Shown: positions 8,591-18,466, counted from the stretch's first letter. The stretch is DNA of 64,000 nucleotides from an uncultured Candidatus Saccharibacteria bacterium (GCA_964474825.1 CAYYWQ010000001.1:293609-357608), one strand, 5' to 3'. Notes: generated from the sequence alone by a model not told the origin. Made by a program: numbers and translations.

Positions 8591-8613
8591 ATTTGTATAT
8601 TTGAGGACATTCT

Positions 8614-9060
8614 ATGAAAGTTATTTTTATAAAAGACGTAGCGGGACAGGGGAAAAAGGGCCAGGTTAAAGAGGTGTCTTCCGGTTTTGCGGAAAACTTT
8701 TTAATTAAAAAAGGATTGGCTCAGGTCGCTACCGCTGACATTCAGGCAAAATTGGCCAAGGAAGAAAAGGAAGCCAATGCGAAACATCAGAAAGACTTGG
8801 CAAGAATGCAATCGCTTAAGTCTGAAATTGAGAAAAGAAGCTTTACGGTAAAAGTTAAAGTGGGCGACAAAGGCCAGGTATTTGGCGGAGTGCATGAAAA
8901 GGATATTGCCGCTACAGTATCAGCCAAAACCAATAACCCCCTGGAAAAACATAACGTAGAAATTCAGAGCCCTATAAAGCAAATAGGGGAACATATGGTT
9001 AAGATAAAATTAGGGCAAGGGATAGTTGCCAGTGCCAAAATTAACGTGGAGGCAGCATAA
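8614..9060 (+). CDS. rplI: 50S ribosomal protein L9
   Basis: [21 protein letters not shown]... classic L9 N-domain. Confidence 0.9.
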   Translation: MKVIFIKDVAGQGKKGQVKEVSSGFAENFLIKKGLAQVATADIQAKLAKEEKEANAKHQKDLARMQSLKSEIEKRSFTVKVKVGDKGQVFGGVHEKDIAATVSAKTNNPLEKHNVEIQSPIKQIGEHMVKIKLGQGIVASAKINVEAA

Positions 9061-9061
9061 T

Positions 9062-10246
9062 ATGGAAAATAACTTGCAACAAAACAATATACCCGGCAAT
9101 GTTCCGCCTGTGGAGAAGCCCTCGGTGTGGGTAACGAACCCGAACCTTAAAATCTTGCTGGTTGCTTTAATTTTTGTATTTTTAGCGTGCGGAATTTTTT
9201 TGGTGGTACTAATGCAAGTCCAAAGCTATTACCGGAATAACGTTTTTGAGGAAGCACTGAAGAATGCTCCGAAACATCAAAATTCACAAAATGATCAGAG
9301 TTTAAAATCTTATAGTGATTCAACATTGGGAATTCAATTTAGTTATCCTTCGAATATTGCAGTTAATGAATTCAATGGCATTATTAGTTTAAGTCATAGC
9401 ATTCCTTTTGAAAATCACGGTGATTGCGACATGAAAGGCGACGAGAACATTTATCCTAATTTGAATGATTTCGGTGTTAGCGTTCAAATAAAGGCTGGCA
9501 CGGTGGCTCAAGTAGTTAAAAACCTTTCGCCGTATATGCCTGAGGAAAATTTTACTGCGGACGGCTTAAAGATAAACCCTGGGTTTATTGATGAGGCGCA
9601 AATAGGGGATTTTAAGGGTTTTTCCATTTTGGAAGGCGCGGAAGGCTGTGGACACATAATTTATTATTTCCCGGTAAACGGCGGCCGTACATTGGTAATA
9701 ACGAAAGCCAATGTGCAAATGCTTTCCAATATTATTGCCCCCGAGGTTCGTGAAGCAATTCTAAAAGTGCCGGGCGTAATTACCCCGGAACAATCTAATT
9801 TGATTTTTAATCAAATTATGGATTCTTTGAAAGTAACTTTCGGAACAGATAGTACTGGCTGGAAAATTTATAAAAATGAGGAGTATGGTTTTGAGTTTAA
9901 ATATCCTGAAAAAGCAAAACTTTATTTTTTGGATATTCCCTTTTCTGTTAGTGTTGATGGAAGTCAATTAGATTACCATTTAACATACCCATCGAATTTT
10001 TTTGATGTTACAGTTTTCAGTAATGATGCAGAAGCAGAGAAAAGTCTTGCGTCTAATAAAACAGGGAAAACTAGGACAATAGATGGTAAGATTTTTGTTC
10101 AATCTTTAAAAGGCGCGGAGCTTAGTTGCAACGGTTCTTATTTTTATAAGGATAAAAATTTAATTTATGATATTGCATATGGAGAGGATGATTGTAACGG
10201 AACAGCATATGAGCAAATTCTTTCTACTTTTAAATTTACAAACTAA
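9062..10246 (+). CDS. membrane-anchored hypothetical protein
   Basis: N-terminal TM helix (ILLVALIFVFLACGIFLVVLM) then ~330-aa extracytoplasmic domain; start moved to ATG 9062. Confidence 0.55.
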   Translation: MENNLQQNNIPGNVPPVEKPSVWVTNPNLKILLVALIFVFLACGIFLVVLMQVQSYYRNNVFEEALKNAPKHQNSQNDQSLKSYSDSTLGIQFSYPSNIAVNEFNGIISLSHSIPFENHGDCDMKGDENIYPNLNDFGVSVQIKAGTVAQVVKNLSPYMPEENFTADGLKINPGFIDEAQIGDFKGFSILEGAEGCGHIIYYFPVNGGRTLVITKANVQMLSNIIAPEVREAILKVPGVITPEQSNLIFNQIMDSLKVTFGTDSTGWKIYKNEEYGFEFKYPEKAKLYFLDIPFSVSVDGSQLDYHLTYPSNFFDVTVFSNDAEAEKSLASNKTGKTRTIDGKIFVQSLKGAELSCNGSYFYKDKNLIYDIAYGEDDCNGTAYEQILSTFKFTN

Positions 10247-10277
10247 TCACTAACAACTATCCACTAATCACTTATTT
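10244..10277 (+). repeat. CACTAATCAC leader repeat abutting pyrG start
   Basis: CTAATCACTAACAACTATCCACTAATCACTTATTT then ATG; family also at 12333, 24097, 46536, 51557. Confidence 0.5.
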
Positions 10278-11975
10278 ATGTCCTACCACATCAAAGCCCG
10301 TAAGGCAAAAAAGTTGAATACTAAATTTATTTTTGTTTCCGGCGGAGTCATCTCGTCCGTAGGGAAGGGGATTACTACTGCTTCAATTGCCATGTTATTG
10401 GAATCTCGGGGTTATAAAGTGGCGCCGGTTAAGGCGGATATGTATTTGAATGTGGACGCTGGGACAATTAGGCCCCAGGAACACGGTGAAGTCTTTGTAA
10501 CTAAGGACGGTATGGAAACAGACCAGGACTTGGGGAATTACGAACGGTTTATAAATGCTGACCTTTCCAGTTCTAATTACATGACTAATGGTCAAATTTA
10601 CCAGACAATAATTCAAAAAGAACGGAATTTTGAGTACGACGGAGAAGATGTAGAAATTGTGCCGCATGTGCCTGAGGAAATTATTCGCCGTTTGGAAAAA
10701 GCCGCGGTGGAACGGCATGCGGATTTTGTAATTGCGGAAATTGGCGGCACAGTAGGGGAGTACCAAAATGTTTTGTATATGGAAGCTAACCGTATTATGA
10801 AGTATAGGGACAATCGCGAGGTTATTCATATTCATGTAGGTTACTTGCCCACGCCGCCGAGTGTTGGGGAAATGAAGTCCAAGCCAGTGCAAACTTCTGT
10901 CCGTATTTTAAATGGCAGCGGTATTCAGCCGGACTTCTTAATTTGTAGAGCGGAAAAAGCGGTGGACGATCGCCGTAAGGAAACCTTGGCCTGGGTAACA
11001 AGTGTGCCGGCCGCGAACATTATTTCTGCGCCAAACATTGACACTATATACAAAGTGCCAATGAATTTTGAGCAGCAGCATTTAACAGACAAAATTCTGG
11101 CAAAATTTGGGATGAAGTCTAAAAAGAATGACTTAGCCAAATGGAAAAATTTAATAAATAAAATTACGCACATTAACTCCGGCAAAAAGGAATTAAATGT
11201 TGCGGTTGTTGGTAAATATTACGAAACCGGGGCCTACAAATTAGCAGACGTTTATATTTCTGTTGTAGAAGCCATAAAGCATGCTTCTTGGAATAACGGG
11301 GTAAAAGCAAATTTGCACTGGATTTCCAGTATGGACGTGGAAAAGAACGGCGCACAAAAGGTATTAAAAGATTACGACGGAATTGTAGTGCCTGGCGGCT
11401 TTGGCAGCAGGGGAACGGAAGGGATGATAGAAACTATTAAGTATGCCCGTGAAAACAAGTTGCCGTATTTAGGTTTGTGTTATGGTATGCAAATGGCCAC
11501 AATTGAGTTTGCCAGGAACGTGGCTGGCCTAAAAATGGCTAATACAACAGAGGTTGATGACGATACGCCGCATCCGGTCATTCACATTATGCCTGACCAG
11601 GAAAAGAAGCTGTTAAACAGGGAATACGGAGCTACCATGCGCCTTGGCGGTTGGGACTGTGTTATACAAAGAGGCACCAAAACCGATAAAGCTTATAGCG
11701 ACCTTGGAGTAATTAAAAAGACCGGACTTGCTAAAATTAGCGAACGCCACCGTCACCGTTTTGAATTTAATAATATGTATCGTGAGCAGCTAGAAGAGGC
11801 CGGCTTAGTTATTGCCGGGACGACTCCGGACGGTAAACTTGTGGAAATTATTGAACTTAAAGACCATCCATATTTTGTGGGAAGCCAGTTCCATCCGGAA
11901 TTCCTGTCCCGCCCGCTTAGTCCACATCCACTTTTTGACGGGTTTGTAAAAGCCGCGGTAAAACTAAAAAAATAA
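10278..11975 (+). CDS. pyrG: CTP synthase
   Basis: N-terminal synthetase domain (FVSGGVISSVGKGI) and C-terminal GATase (GLCYGMQ, HPEF). Confidence 0.95.
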   Translation: MSYHIKARKAKKLNTKFIFVSGGVISSVGKGITTASIAMLLESRGYKVAPVKADMYLNVDAGTIRPQEHGEVFVTKDGMETDQDLGNYERFINADLSSSNYMTNGQIYQTIIQKERNFEYDGEDVEIVPHVPEEIIRRLEKAAVERHADFVIAEIGGTVGEYQNVLYMEANRIMKYRDNREVIHIHVGYLPTPPSVGEMKSKPVQTSVRILNGSGIQPDFLICRAEKAVDDRRKETLAWVTSVPAANIISAPNIDTIYKVPMNFEQQHLTDKILAKFGMKSKKNDLAKWKNLINKITHINSGKKELNVAVVGKYYETGAYKLADVYISVVEAIKHASWNNGVKANLHWISSMDVEKNGAQKVLKDYDGIVVPGGFGSRGTEGMIETIKYARENKLPYLGLCYGMQMATIEFARNVAGLKMANTTEVDDDTPHPVIHIMPDQEKKLLNREYGATMRLGGWDCVIQRGTKTDKAYSDLGVIKKTGLAKISERHRHRFEFNNMYREQLEEAGLVIAGTTPDGKLVEIIELKDHPYFVGSQFHPEFLSRPLSPHPLFDGFVKAAVKLKK

Positions 11976-11992
11976 GACAGGTGCTTAGAAAT

Positions 11993-12031
11993 AAAAAAAC
12001 TCCCCGTCAGCCTAGGCTGACGGGGAGTTTT
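11993..12031. terminator. bidirectional terminator between pyrG and rpmA
   Basis: A-run, CTCCCCGTCAG-cctagg-CTGACGGGGAG, T-run. Confidence 0.7.
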
Positions 12032-12039
12032 AATTGAAG

Positions 12040-12327
12040 TTATTTAGCAACTGTAGGAATTACGTTGACAATTTTTGTCTTCCTTAGGTTGCCGTGGAAT
12101 CTGGCGCTTTGTTTGTGCTGGAAATGGACTTTGCCTGTGGCCAGGGAATATAAAGTGCTGTCGCCGCCCATACGGACATTTTTGCCGGCATGGTACTTGC
12201 TGCCTTTTTGTCTAACAATAACCTGGCCGGTTCTAACGGCTTGGTTACCGAAAATTTTTACGCCTAAACGTTTGGATACTGAATCGCGGCCTAGTGCTGT
12301 ACTGCCGCCTGCTTTTTTATGGGCCAT
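12040..12327 (-). CDS. rpmA: 50S ribosomal protein L27
   Basis: [10 protein letters not shown]... L27 N-terminus. Confidence 0.9.
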   Translation of the reverse strand: MAHKKAGGSTALGRDSVSKRLGVKIFGNQAVRTGQVIVRQKGSKYHAGKNVRMGGDSTLYSLATGKVHFQHKQSARFHGNLRKTKIVNVIPTVAK

Positions 12328-12332
12328 TTTAT

Positions 12333-12365
12333 AGTAGTGTCAGTGGTCAGTGATCGTAGTTAGTT
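12333..12365 (-). repeat. CACTGACCACTGACAC leader repeat abutting rpmA start (sense on minus strand)
   Basis: plus-strand AGTAGTGTCAGTGGTCAGTGATCGTAG. Confidence 0.45.
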
Positions 12366-12404
12366 AAAACCCTGAATCTCATGCCGCTGTTAATTATGTA
12401 AAAT

Positions 12405-13751
12405 TTATTGCTTTTCGAAAACAACTATTTCCCTTGCCACGACCTGGTCTTTTCTGTCGTAAATCGCCGTGCCCCTTTGAGTAAGCTTTAAAAAGGGAAG
12501 CTTTTTGGCTATTTCAGGATTTATAATTGCCAATTGATTATAGCCTAATTCCTTAGCCCAGTCAATACCCGGGAGGTGTTCGTAACTGTCCCTGCCTTTT
12601 TTGTAGGCAGGCAAGCAAATTACAATTTTTCCTTTATTTGGCAAGAATTTTGTAAATTCCTTAAAGGATTGCTGGTAAAGTTTGCTTAAATCCGCGAAGT
12701 TTTTTTGAATTTCCTCGGTTTTGGGGTAGGAGCCATATATAGGTCCAAGGGTACATTCCGTAACAATACCATTTATTTTATGGCCTGATTTTTCAATTAG
12801 CTGCGCGACTTTAGTAGCGTCGCAAATTTCTACCCCGTATTTGCCTGGCGCTATTTTGTAACGGTTACGGAACCATTCCAGGTTTTGCTCACTGCCTTTT
12901 ATTGCTACTTTGTTAATGTCACTGCCAATCATTCTAAAACCTAAAAGCAACCCTTCCTGTATTATTGTTCCAATGCCGCAGAAAGGGTCTAACACAGTTT
13001 CCCCGGTTTTACATCCGGAAAGGTTAAGCATGATTTGCGCGACCTTAGGAGGTATCATGCCCTGTTTTTCGTCGCGCGCCGGCCGCTGGTAGTCACGCCT
13101 TCCGTAGTCTTCAAAATCCTGCACAGTCATAGTCTTGGCGGTGTAAATTACATTTTTTCCAGCAAGCAAACAAATTTCCGCGCCCTTTTGCAAAAGTAAA
13201 TTTTTTGTAACTACGACGCTGGCCAGGGACAGGGAGTTGAATTCCGGCAAAACTAAACGGACGCTTTGGCCCATTTCTGTTAGGGAATTTTTTATCATCA
13301 TGCCCAAACGTTTGGGTTCGCTAAAAATGTTAAAAGATATTTCCGGTGTTTTTGTTTTTTGCGGGTTAAACGGAGGACGCTTTAATAAATCCATGTCCAG
13401 TAAATACACGCTTAGGCCAAACTGGATTTTCCCTTTGTAATCTTTAAAAAAATTTTTCTTAATAACACTCGGTTTAAAGTAATGTTTTAAGGCGAAGTTA
13501 ATGGAGTCCTGTTCGCGTTTTTTTACTTCATCAATTACTTGTAGGATTTTTATAACACCGCCAAGTTTTTTTTGTAACCGCTCTATGTTAACTGTTTGGG
13601 CAGTTTCAATAATTAGGATTTCAGGGGAGGAGGCAATAATCTTAACTCCTTCGCCGGTCAGGCCTAAAGACGGGTCGGGCTTTTCTAAAACAGCGACCAG
13701 CTCGGCCACGGACAATGTGTAGACTCGGCCTAGGACAAAAGCGTATTTCAT
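12405..13751 (-). CDS. THUMP-domain RNA (guanine-N2) methyltransferase (Trm11/RlmL-like)
   Basis: DPFCGIGT SAM-MTase motif and N-terminal THUMP-like region. Confidence 0.7.
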   Translation of the reverse strand: MKYAFVLGRVYTLSVAELVAVLEKPDPSLGLTGEGVKIIASSPEILIIETAQTVNIERLQKKLGGVIKILQVIDEVKKREQDSINFALKHYFKPSVIKKNFFKDYKGKIQFGLSVYLLDMDLLKRPPFNPQKTKTPEISFNIFSEPKRLGMMIKNSLTEMGQSVRLVLPEFNSLSLASVVVTKNLLLQKGAEICLLAGKNVIYTAKTMTVQDFEDYGRRDYQRPARDEKQGMIPPKVAQIMLNLSGCKTGETVLDPFCGIGTIIQEGLLLGFRMIGSDINKVAIKGSEQNLEWFRNRYKIAPGKYGVEICDATKVAQLIEKSGHKINGIVTECTLGPIYGSYPKTEEIQKNFADLSKLYQQSFKEFTKFLPNKGKIVICLPAYKKGRDSYEHLPGIDWAKELGYNQLAIINPEIAKKLPFLKLTQRGTAIYDRKDQVVAREIVVFEKQ

Positions 13752-13772
13752 TTATGGTATAATAATCTGGTA

Positions 13773-14168
13773 ATGGACTACCAGGAAATAAAAAATTGGC
13801 TGGAAGAAAAAGAAAATAAGCAGAAGATTGTTTTGGGTATCTGCTTTATTTTAGTATTTATTGTGGGTTTTGGGACAGGCAGGCTGTCGCCGGCGTCCCG
13901 AATTGCCCAGACTTCTAAACAACCTAATTATACCATAAAAACGTCCCCAAAACCAACCCCACCGTCAAAAAATGGGGGAGGGGATTCGGCCGTGGTTGCC
14001 GGGACTTCAACGCCTGCCACTTGTGTTATAAAAGGCAACATAAATTCCAAGGGCGGTAAAATTTACCACATCCCAGGCGGCGCTTCTTATAAAATTACCA
14101 AACCGGAACAGTGTTTTAATACTGAAGCCGAAGCGCGGGCTGCAGGGTTTACAAAATCCAGCCGATAA
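13773..14168 (+). CDS. membrane-anchored small secreted protein with Cys-containing C-terminal motif
   Basis: TM helix then PT-rich linker then CVIKGNINSKGGKIYHIPGG...CF.TEAEARAAGF conserved-looking C-terminus. Confidence 0.5.
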   Translation: MDYQEIKNWLEEKENKQKIVLGICFILVFIVGFGTGRLSPASRIAQTSKQPNYTIKTSPKPTPPSKNGGGDSAVVAGTSTPATCVIKGNINSKGGKIYHIPGGASYKITKPEQCFNTEAEARAAGFTKSSR

Positions 14169-14239
14169 TTTTTGTTTAACCCATTTGGTCTAATGGCCTT
14201 TACCATTGACCGTTTTTTAATTTTGAGGTAATATATCCC

Positions 14240-14505
14240 CACATTCCCGTTGTTGTATTGGGGACGCAGGAAGCCGTCTTGGGGCTATATAGGGTATAGG
14301 ATCTCGATTGCGGCTTCCTGCCAAATTTCAGTTCCCGTTGTTGTGATGCGCTTGGTTGTTCTGGGTCAGACGACCATTTTGCCCGGCAACGGGTCCAGCA
14401 GCCAAAGGAGGAAGTGACCAGGGGAATTACCTCCTTGTTCCCTATGGATCTAGAGGGCTTTTCACCCTCTTTGATCTTGGTTCACCTCTTTTAGGCTGCT
14501 GGATA
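14240..14505. ncRNA. candidate structured ncRNA of unknown class (GC-rich, multiple nested helices)
   Basis: 11-bp helix 14266-14276/14311-14321, 13-nt direct repeat TTCCCGTTGTTGT at 14244 and 14332, 9-bp long-range helix 14395-14403/14494-14502 enclosing two hairpins; GC far above neighbours; no credible ORF. Confidence 0.3.
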
Positions 14506-14557
14506 TTAATACCGGTAGCTTTTTTATTTTTATCCAATTTGTTATAATTTTCTTCGT

Positions 14558-15769
14558 ATGAGTAAACAAGGAAAAAATATTTATCTGGACCACGCAGCGA
14601 CAACTCCTGTTGACGCGGCAGTTTTAAAAGTTATGCAGCCTTTTTGGTCGGAAGAATTTGGTAATCCGTCCAGTCTTTATAAACAGGGGGTTATTGCGAG
14701 GAAAGCTGTTGAATTGTCGCGAAAAAAAATAGCTGAAATTATAGGAGCAAGGCCCCCTGAAATTATTTTTACAGCCGGCGGCACTGAGAGTTGTAATTTG
14801 GCTATTTTTGGTGTGGCCAGAAACCATAAACCAGTTAAAAAAAACCGCCCTCACATAATTATTTCTGCCATTGAACATCATGCAGTTTTAAATCCGGTAA
14901 AGGAACTGGAAGGGGAGGGATATGATGTTAGCGTTGTTCCAGTAGATGAATTTGGAGCGGTAAGTATACCCGCTATACAAAAAGCTGTCCGACCGCAGAC
15001 CATTTTAGTTTCTATAATTTATGCCAACAATGAAATTGGGACAATACAGCCGATTGCAGAGATAGGGAAGTCTATTAAAAAAATTAATTCCCAAAGGTTC
15101 GGTCGGGGATTGCCACAGATATATTTTCATACAGATGCGTGCCAAGCAGCCGGATTCTTGGATTTGGATGTCCTAAGTCTTGGGGTTGACCTCATGACAG
15201 TTAATGGCAGTAAGATTTATGGTCCAAAGCAGAGTGGCTTTTTATTTGTGAGGAACGGCATTAATTTAAAGCCACTTATATACGGCGGAGGTCAGGAAAA
15301 AGGCTTGAGGTCTGGTACGGAAAATGTTGCAGCAATTGTTGGGTTGGCTAAGGCTTTAGAAATGGCCGAATCTAAAAAAGCATTGCATTCCAAGAATGTA
15401 TTTAACTTACAAAAATATTTTATTTCTAAACTTTTAAAAATAAAGGGAGTTGAATTAAACGGACCAAAACCTGGTGACCAAAGATTAGTTAACAACATTA
15501 ACATTACAGTTAAGGGTGTTGAGGGTGAAGCCTTAATGCTTTACTTGGACAGTTATGGAATTGCTGTGTCTACCGGCAGCGCCTGCGCAACAGGGCTGGC
15601 CGAGGCGTCACACGTCTTATTAGCTCTAGGGCAGAACGAGTCCCAGGCAAGAAGCGCTATTAGACTAACCTTGGGCAAGGCTACCACTAAAGCCGAGGTT
15701 GATAGCGTGTTAAAGGTTATAAATGATTTAATAATAAAGCTAAGGGAAGTAAATAACTTTTTATTATAG
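14558..15769 (+). CDS. cysteine desulfurase (IscS/NifS family)
   Basis: class V aminotransferase fold, SAIEHHAV, PLP-lysine region TVNGSKIYGPK, C-terminal SACATG catalytic Cys loop. Confidence 0.85.
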   Translation: MSKQGKNIYLDHAATTPVDAAVLKVMQPFWSEEFGNPSSLYKQGVIARKAVELSRKKIAEIIGARPPEIIFTAGGTESCNLAIFGVARNHKPVKKNRPHIIISAIEHHAVLNPVKELEGEGYDVSVVPVDEFGAVSIPAIQKAVRPQTILVSIIYANNEIGTIQPIAEIGKSIKKINSQRFGRGLPQIYFHTDACQAAGFLDLDVLSLGVDLMTVNGSKIYGPKQSGFLFVRNGINLKPLIYGGGQEKGLRSGTENVAAIVGLAKALEMAESKKALHSKNVFNLQKYFISKLLKIKGVELNGPKPGDQRLVNNINITVKGVEGEALMLYLDSYGIAVSTGSACATGLAEASHVLLALGQNESQARSAIRLTLGKATTKAEVDSVLKVINDLIIKLREVNNFLL

Positions 15770-15834
15770 ACGAACGGCGTGAGTTAATATAATTTTGTTG
15801 TTATTCGGGGGAGCCCTAAATAAGACATTTTAAT

Positions 15835-15872
15835 AAAAAAACTACTTAAATATAAAATTAAGTAGTTTTTTA
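15835..15872. terminator. bidirectional terminator after cysteine desulfurase gene
   Basis: AAAAAACTACTTAA-atataaaa-TTAAGTAGTTTTTT. Confidence 0.7.
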
Positions 15873-16034
15873 TTTAGTAAAATTATTTTTAACCGATGCG
15901 CGGTAGATGAGTATGTTGTGTAGGGGAAGTATTATATGAATAATCGGTAGAGGACCCTTAAATAAAAATATCAATTGCGTCGCACAATGTATGTTGTGCG
16001 ACTTATAATATATTTCTTGTTGGTTTAAAGGCCA

Positions 16035-16517
16035 TTACTGGTTATTGTCGCTTATTGCTTTTGAGCAAGTTAATGTTAAGTTGTTAGGTTTGTTTTTGTT
16101 TAGGCTAATATCTACTTCAGATAGTATCGGCACTTCCTTAACAACGTTTCCGGTGCTGCTGCTTGGGTTTAAATAAATGTAACCAAGGGGGCATAAAGCA
16201 GAAAGATTGTCCTGTGTAGAGTTAACGTAGCTAATTATGTACTTCAGAGCAGAAATTTGATCTAACTGGTAGTTCTGGTTATTTGCGGTTAAGACAACTT
16301 TTACATCACCTTTATTTTCTGTTAGTGAGACCTGGTATTGGTTATAAATACCGGGTTGAGCTTGGTTGTTGTTATCAGGAGTTTTGTTAACAAAAAGTAT
16401 TACCACAATTAACCCAATTCCAATAATGCACAGGGCGGATAAAAGAATTATAATTATTTTTTTCTTGTTCATAAATATACTTTTAATATTAATTAACCGC
16501 GATGGTTTGAAAGCCAT
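16035..16517 (-). CDS. membrane-anchored hypothetical protein
   Basis: N-terminal TM helix then ~120-aa Asn/Gln-rich extracellular domain; last gene of the pilin-like cluster. Confidence 0.5.
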   Translation of the reverse strand: MAFKPSRLINIKSIFMNKKKIIIILLSALCIIGIGLIVVILFVNKTPDNNNQAQPGIYNQYQVSLTENKGDVKVVLTANNQNYQLDQISALKYIISYVNSTQDNLSALCPLGYIYLNPSSSTGNVVKEVPILSEVDISLNKNKPNNLTLTCSKAISDNNQ

Positions 16518-17449
16518 TGAGCGACTGCGCGGACGCCTTCGTCCCAGGTATTGTATGTTCTTGTAGCCCCGGAGTCCGTGTTCCCAACATTTCCTGGATT
16601 TTTTGTTCTTACACCTAATCCTGCTGTGCCTAACTGACTGTCTGTCTGCATTAACGCAACCATTAATCTTGGGTCAACATTCAAGCTTTGCGCGGAAGTA
16701 AAAACCATGGCTCCTGTTAGCGGCGTATTTGAATGCATGGATTTTAAAACTTGATCTATAGAAGCTGCTGAAGAAAAATCCTGTCCGGAAAGCTTTCCGT
16801 ACACTTGGATTACTGTTATTTCGTGAGTTGGTGAAGTTGCGTAAGGGCCAATATTGTAGCCCTGAAAAACGCATGTTGTTGTAGTACATCCGGAAGGTAT
16901 GCCCGGACCCGTTACTCCTCCCCCGCTCCCTACCCCAGGCCAAGGGGCCACTGTTCCCACTGAAGGCGGAGTAACCGTTTGAAACTGCAACAAGTCCGGA
17001 TTTATTGCCCTGAGTAAAATATAACCGCCAAACAAAATAACCATGGACACAATGGAACTTTCAAAAATACTTTTAGCCTTGTCTACGGATTCCTGGTTGC
17101 CTGCGGAATTCATGTACAAATATCCGGCAATGACTATGAACATTATGGAAACAACACTTCCTGCGGCTATGGCAAACCGGTAAAGCTTGTTAATGCAGTT
17201 AAACAAATCATTGCCTGCGGCATTGTTTTGAAGTGTTGGGTTATTTGAAATATTTGTCCCAAAGTACGTGGTAGTAACCGCGCTCTTACTGGCATCTGTG
17301 GGAGCGCATAAATAGTCCTTAATGCTTTGCTCAACACCTCCATAGACAATGGGGGTGTTGGTTTGGGCGTAGGCAAGGTTAATGTGGGCGAGGAGGAGTT
17401 GCGAAACTATTAACACGTAAAAGAAAAGTTTGAATTTAGGATTGCGCAT
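16493..17449 (-). CDS. TrbC/VirB2-like pilin family protein, paralog A (C-terminal domain with weak lysozyme-like LMQ/TYNTW features)
   Basis: signal peptide ...AHINLAYA|QT, two hydrophobic helices, N-terminal 140 aa identical to paralog B. Confidence 0.55.
   Translation of the reverse strand: MRNPKFKLFFYVLIVSQLLLAHINLAYAQTNTPIVYGGVEQSIKDYLCAPTDASKSAVTTTYFGTNISNNPTLQNNAAGNDLFNCINKLYRFAIAAGSVVSIMFIVIAGYLYMNSAGNQESVDKAKSIFESSIVSMVILFGGYILLRAINPDLLQFQTVTPPSVGTVAPWPGVGSGGGVTGPGIPSGCTTTTCVFQGYNIGPYATSPTHEITVIQVYGKLSGQDFSSAASIDQVLKSMHSNTPLTGAMVFTSAQSLNVDPRLMVALMQTDSQLGTAGLGVRTKNPGNVGNTDSGATRTYNTWDEGVRAVAQWLSNHRG
16992..17400. repeat. 409-bp direct repeat copy 1 (identical by eye to 18001-18409)
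   Basis: line-by-line comparison of the two segments. Confidence 0.8.
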
Positions 17450-17453
17450 TAAT

Positions 17454-18461
17454 TTAAAAATTAACATGAATGTTGCCGCCAGTAGTAGTTTCGGTTCTAC
17501 ATGCCGCTACGTATTCGTCCAAAAAAGAAACAACGGCTCCGGAAGTTTGCGCTGCCTTGTAGAAAGCTGTAGAGCACGCGGAGTTATAAGGGCTAATATT
17601 AAAGTCCGCGCAATTTCCCGTTGTGCTGTTGCCCGGGTGGTGGCATCCTGAAGCGCTGGGTCCGCCATTGACCTGAATAGCGCTGGAAATTTTTATGGTG
17701 CAACCGCTGCTACTGCCTAATTGGTTATAGGCACTTATAAAAGTGCTGGCTCTTTGCGCGGCCGAGGGGGAAAGCAAACACGTGCCGTTGTTACTGACGC
17801 AGTCGTGAGTGGGAGTTAAGGACGAAACATTTTGGCAATTAGTCCCTACGGTGCATCCTGAAGAAGGAGTAATGCTAAATCTTTGGTTGCAAGCAGTTGA
17901 GCCGGTTGGTGGTGTCCCACTGGGTGAAGGAGGAACAATACTTGGCCCCACCCAAGGTGTTACCGCAATAGACGGCGGATTAACAGGCTGGAATTGTAGT
18001 AAGTCCGGATTTATTGCCCTGAGTAAAATATAACCGCCAAACAAAATAACCATGGACACAATGGAACTTTCAAAAATACTTTTAGCCTTGTCTACGGATT
18101 CCTGGTTGCCTGCGGAATTCATGTACAAATATCCGGCAATGACTATGAACATTATGGAAACAACACTTCCTGCGGCTATGGCAAACCGGTAAAGCTTGTT
18201 AATGCAGTTAAACAAATCATTGCCTGCGGCATTGTTTTGAAGTGTTGGGTTATTTGAAATATTTGTCCCAAAGTACGTGGTAGTAACCGCGCTCTTACTG
18301 GCATCTGTGGGAGCGCATAAATAGTCCTTAATGCTTTGCTCAACACCTCCATAGACAATGGGGGTGTTGGTTTGGGCGTAGGCAAGGTTAATGTGGGCGA
18401 GGAGGAGTTCAAGCACCAACAGTACTAAAAAAAGGTTTTTAAATTTTTGATTTCTAGTCAT
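17454..18461 (-). CDS. TrbC/VirB2-like pilin family protein, paralog B (Cys/Gly/Ser/Thr-rich C-terminal domain)
   Basis: same leader and double-helix core as paralog A; unrelated C-terminus with ~12 Cys. Confidence 0.55.
   Translation of the reverse strand: MTRNQKFKNLFLVLLVLELLLAHINLAYAQTNTPIVYGGVEQSIKDYLCAPTDASKSAVTTTYFGTNISNNPTLQNNAAGNDLFNCINKLYRFAIAAGSVVSIMFIVIAGYLYMNSAGNQESVDKAKSIFESSIVSMVILFGGYILLRAINPDLLQFQPVNPPSIAVTPWVGPSIVPPSPSGTPPTGSTACNQRFSITPSSGCTVGTNCQNVSSLTPTHDCVSNNGTCLLSPSAAQRASTFISAYNQLGSSSGCTIKISSAIQVNGGPSASGCHHPGNSTTGNCADFNISPYNSACSTAFYKAAQTSGAVVSFLDEYVAACRTETTTGGNIHVNF
18001..18409. repeat. 409-bp direct repeat copy 2
   Basis: see 16992-17400. Confidence 0.8.
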
Positions 18462-18466
18462 AAAAA

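Noticed and set aside
14380-14440. Assignment of the structured element as SRP RNA, RNase P RNA or tmRNA
   Set aside because: Only the AGCAGCCAAAGG substring resembles SRP domain IV. No GGAA tetraloop partner, no P4 AGGAAAGUCCGGGC motif, and no tRNA-like GGUUCGA T-loop were found, so the class is left open.
14356-14547. 63-aa ORF inside the GC-rich structured region
   Set aside because: Its composition is atypical, there is no SD or promoter, and it is embedded in nested helices. It is more consistent with a non-coding RNA.
17167-18412. Identical 69/78-aa ORFs (MPTPKPTPPLSMEVLSKALRTIYALPQ...) at 17167..17376 and 18176..18412
   Set aside because: These are alternate-frame artefacts of the duplicated 409-bp block inside the pilin-like genes, not independent genes.
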